This document shows, piece by piece, positions 63,451 to 64,000 of a stretch of DNA of 64,000 nucleotides. Origin of the DNA: Eledone cirrhosa (lineage: Eukaryota). The stretch's first letter is position 1, and every line of letters starts with the position of its first letter. A model generated the notes under the pieces. The model was not told the DNA's origin. It searched no databases and saw nothing but the letters and a program-made list of their open reading frames with translations. Where the stretch lies: positions 8,990,001 to 9,054,000 of the forward strand of contig OZ024742.1 of NCBI GenBank assembly GCA_964016885.1, in the 5' to 3' direction. The translations under genes and the position numbers were made by a program.

Positions 63451-64000
63451 GCTAGAGTATCACATATATATAGAGACAGACAACACAGTATTGGCTAGAG
63501 TATCACATACATATAGAGAGAGACATCACAGTATTGGTTACAGTATCACATATGTATTGAGACAGATAACACAGTATTGGCTAGAGTATCACATACATAT
63601 AGAGACAGACATCACAGTATTGGCTACAGTATCACATATATATAGAGACAGACAACACAGTATTGGCTACAGTATCACATATATATAGAGACAGACAACA
63701 CAGTATTGGCTAGAGTATCACATATATATAGAGACAGACAACACAGTATTGGCTAGAGTATCACATATATATAGAGACAGACAACACAGTATTGTCTACA
63801 GTATCACATATATATAGAGACAGACAACACAGTATTGGCTACAGTATCACATATATATAGAGACAGACAACACAGTATTGGCTACAGTATCACATATATA
63901 TATAGACAGACAACAGAGTATTGGCTACAGTATCACATATATATAGAGACAGACAACACAGTATTGGCTACAATATCACATATATATAGAGACAGACAAC

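Larger units (their letters stand above)
1..64000. repeat. 43-bp tandem satellite array, about 1,490 head-to-tail monomers, extending beyond both window edges
   Basis: The unit TACAGTATCACATATATATAGAGACAGACAACACAGTATTGGC starts at base 1 and recurs every 43 bp to base 64000. Monomers typically differ from it by 0-3 substitutions. The only length variants I saw are +/-2 bp (41- or 45-bp monomers). Confidence 0.99.

Noticed and set aside
39-63688. All ORFs in the six-frame track (65-101 aa)
   Set aside because: They are translations of the 43-bp repeat cycling through three frames, opened where a variant (e.g. TAG>TTG) removes a stop. Most begin at non-ATG triplets and none resembles a protein domain I recognise. 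I used them only as positional markers.
1-64000. CRISPR array or other repeat-spacer system
   Set aside because: Monomers abut directly with no unique spacers, and there is no leader and no cas or other gene.
1-64000. Variant pattern as a deliberate code, antigenic-variation cassette library or synthetic data-storage construct
   Set aside because: The variant order is explained by nested block duplications with accumulating point changes. There is no recipient gene, recombinase, adapter or fixed frame.
1-64000. Telomerase-type telomeric repeat or G-quadruplex array
   Set aside because: There are no G-runs longer than GG, and the unit length and inherited multi-kb variant blocks fit recombinational amplification rather than templated addition. 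A subtelomeric location is not excluded.
1-64000. Transposon insertion, inversion or unique-sequence island hidden in the array
   Set aside because: Reading through, I found no departure from the monomer beyond a few substitutions or 2-bp indels and no strand switch. A very short anomaly could have been missed by eye.
1-64000. CENP-B box or assignment to a named satellite or species
   Set aside because: The consensus lacks the CpG-containing CENP-B core (TTCG....A..CGGG), and I do not recognise the monomer. A database search is needed.

Overview
The whole 64-kb window is one uninterrupted, single-orientation tandem satellite array of a 43-bp monomer (consensus TACAGTATCACATATATATAGAGACAGACAACACAGTATTGGC; about 35% GC; A18/T10/C8/G7; no CpG; roughly 1,490 copies). 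I see no genes, RNA genes, transposon insertions, inversions or CRISPR spacers. Every ORF in the track is a translation of the repeat in which a stop codon has been lost through a monomer variant. The information lies in the order of the monomer variants. They form nested, variable-length higher-order repeats (4, 6, 16, 21, 23, 36, 42/43, 51, 57 and 85 monomers, plus a duplication offset by about 11.8 kb). They also form regional domains with private variants and a landmark cassette that changes stepwise along the array. Several recurrent variants improve an imperfect inverted repeat centred on the (AT)n core. The architecture fits eukaryotic heterochromatic (centromeric, pericentromeric or subtelomeric) satellite DNA. 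I cannot assign the organism, satellite family or function from the sequence alone. All counts and offsets were made by eye or from the ORF-track coordinates, and block boundaries are approximate.
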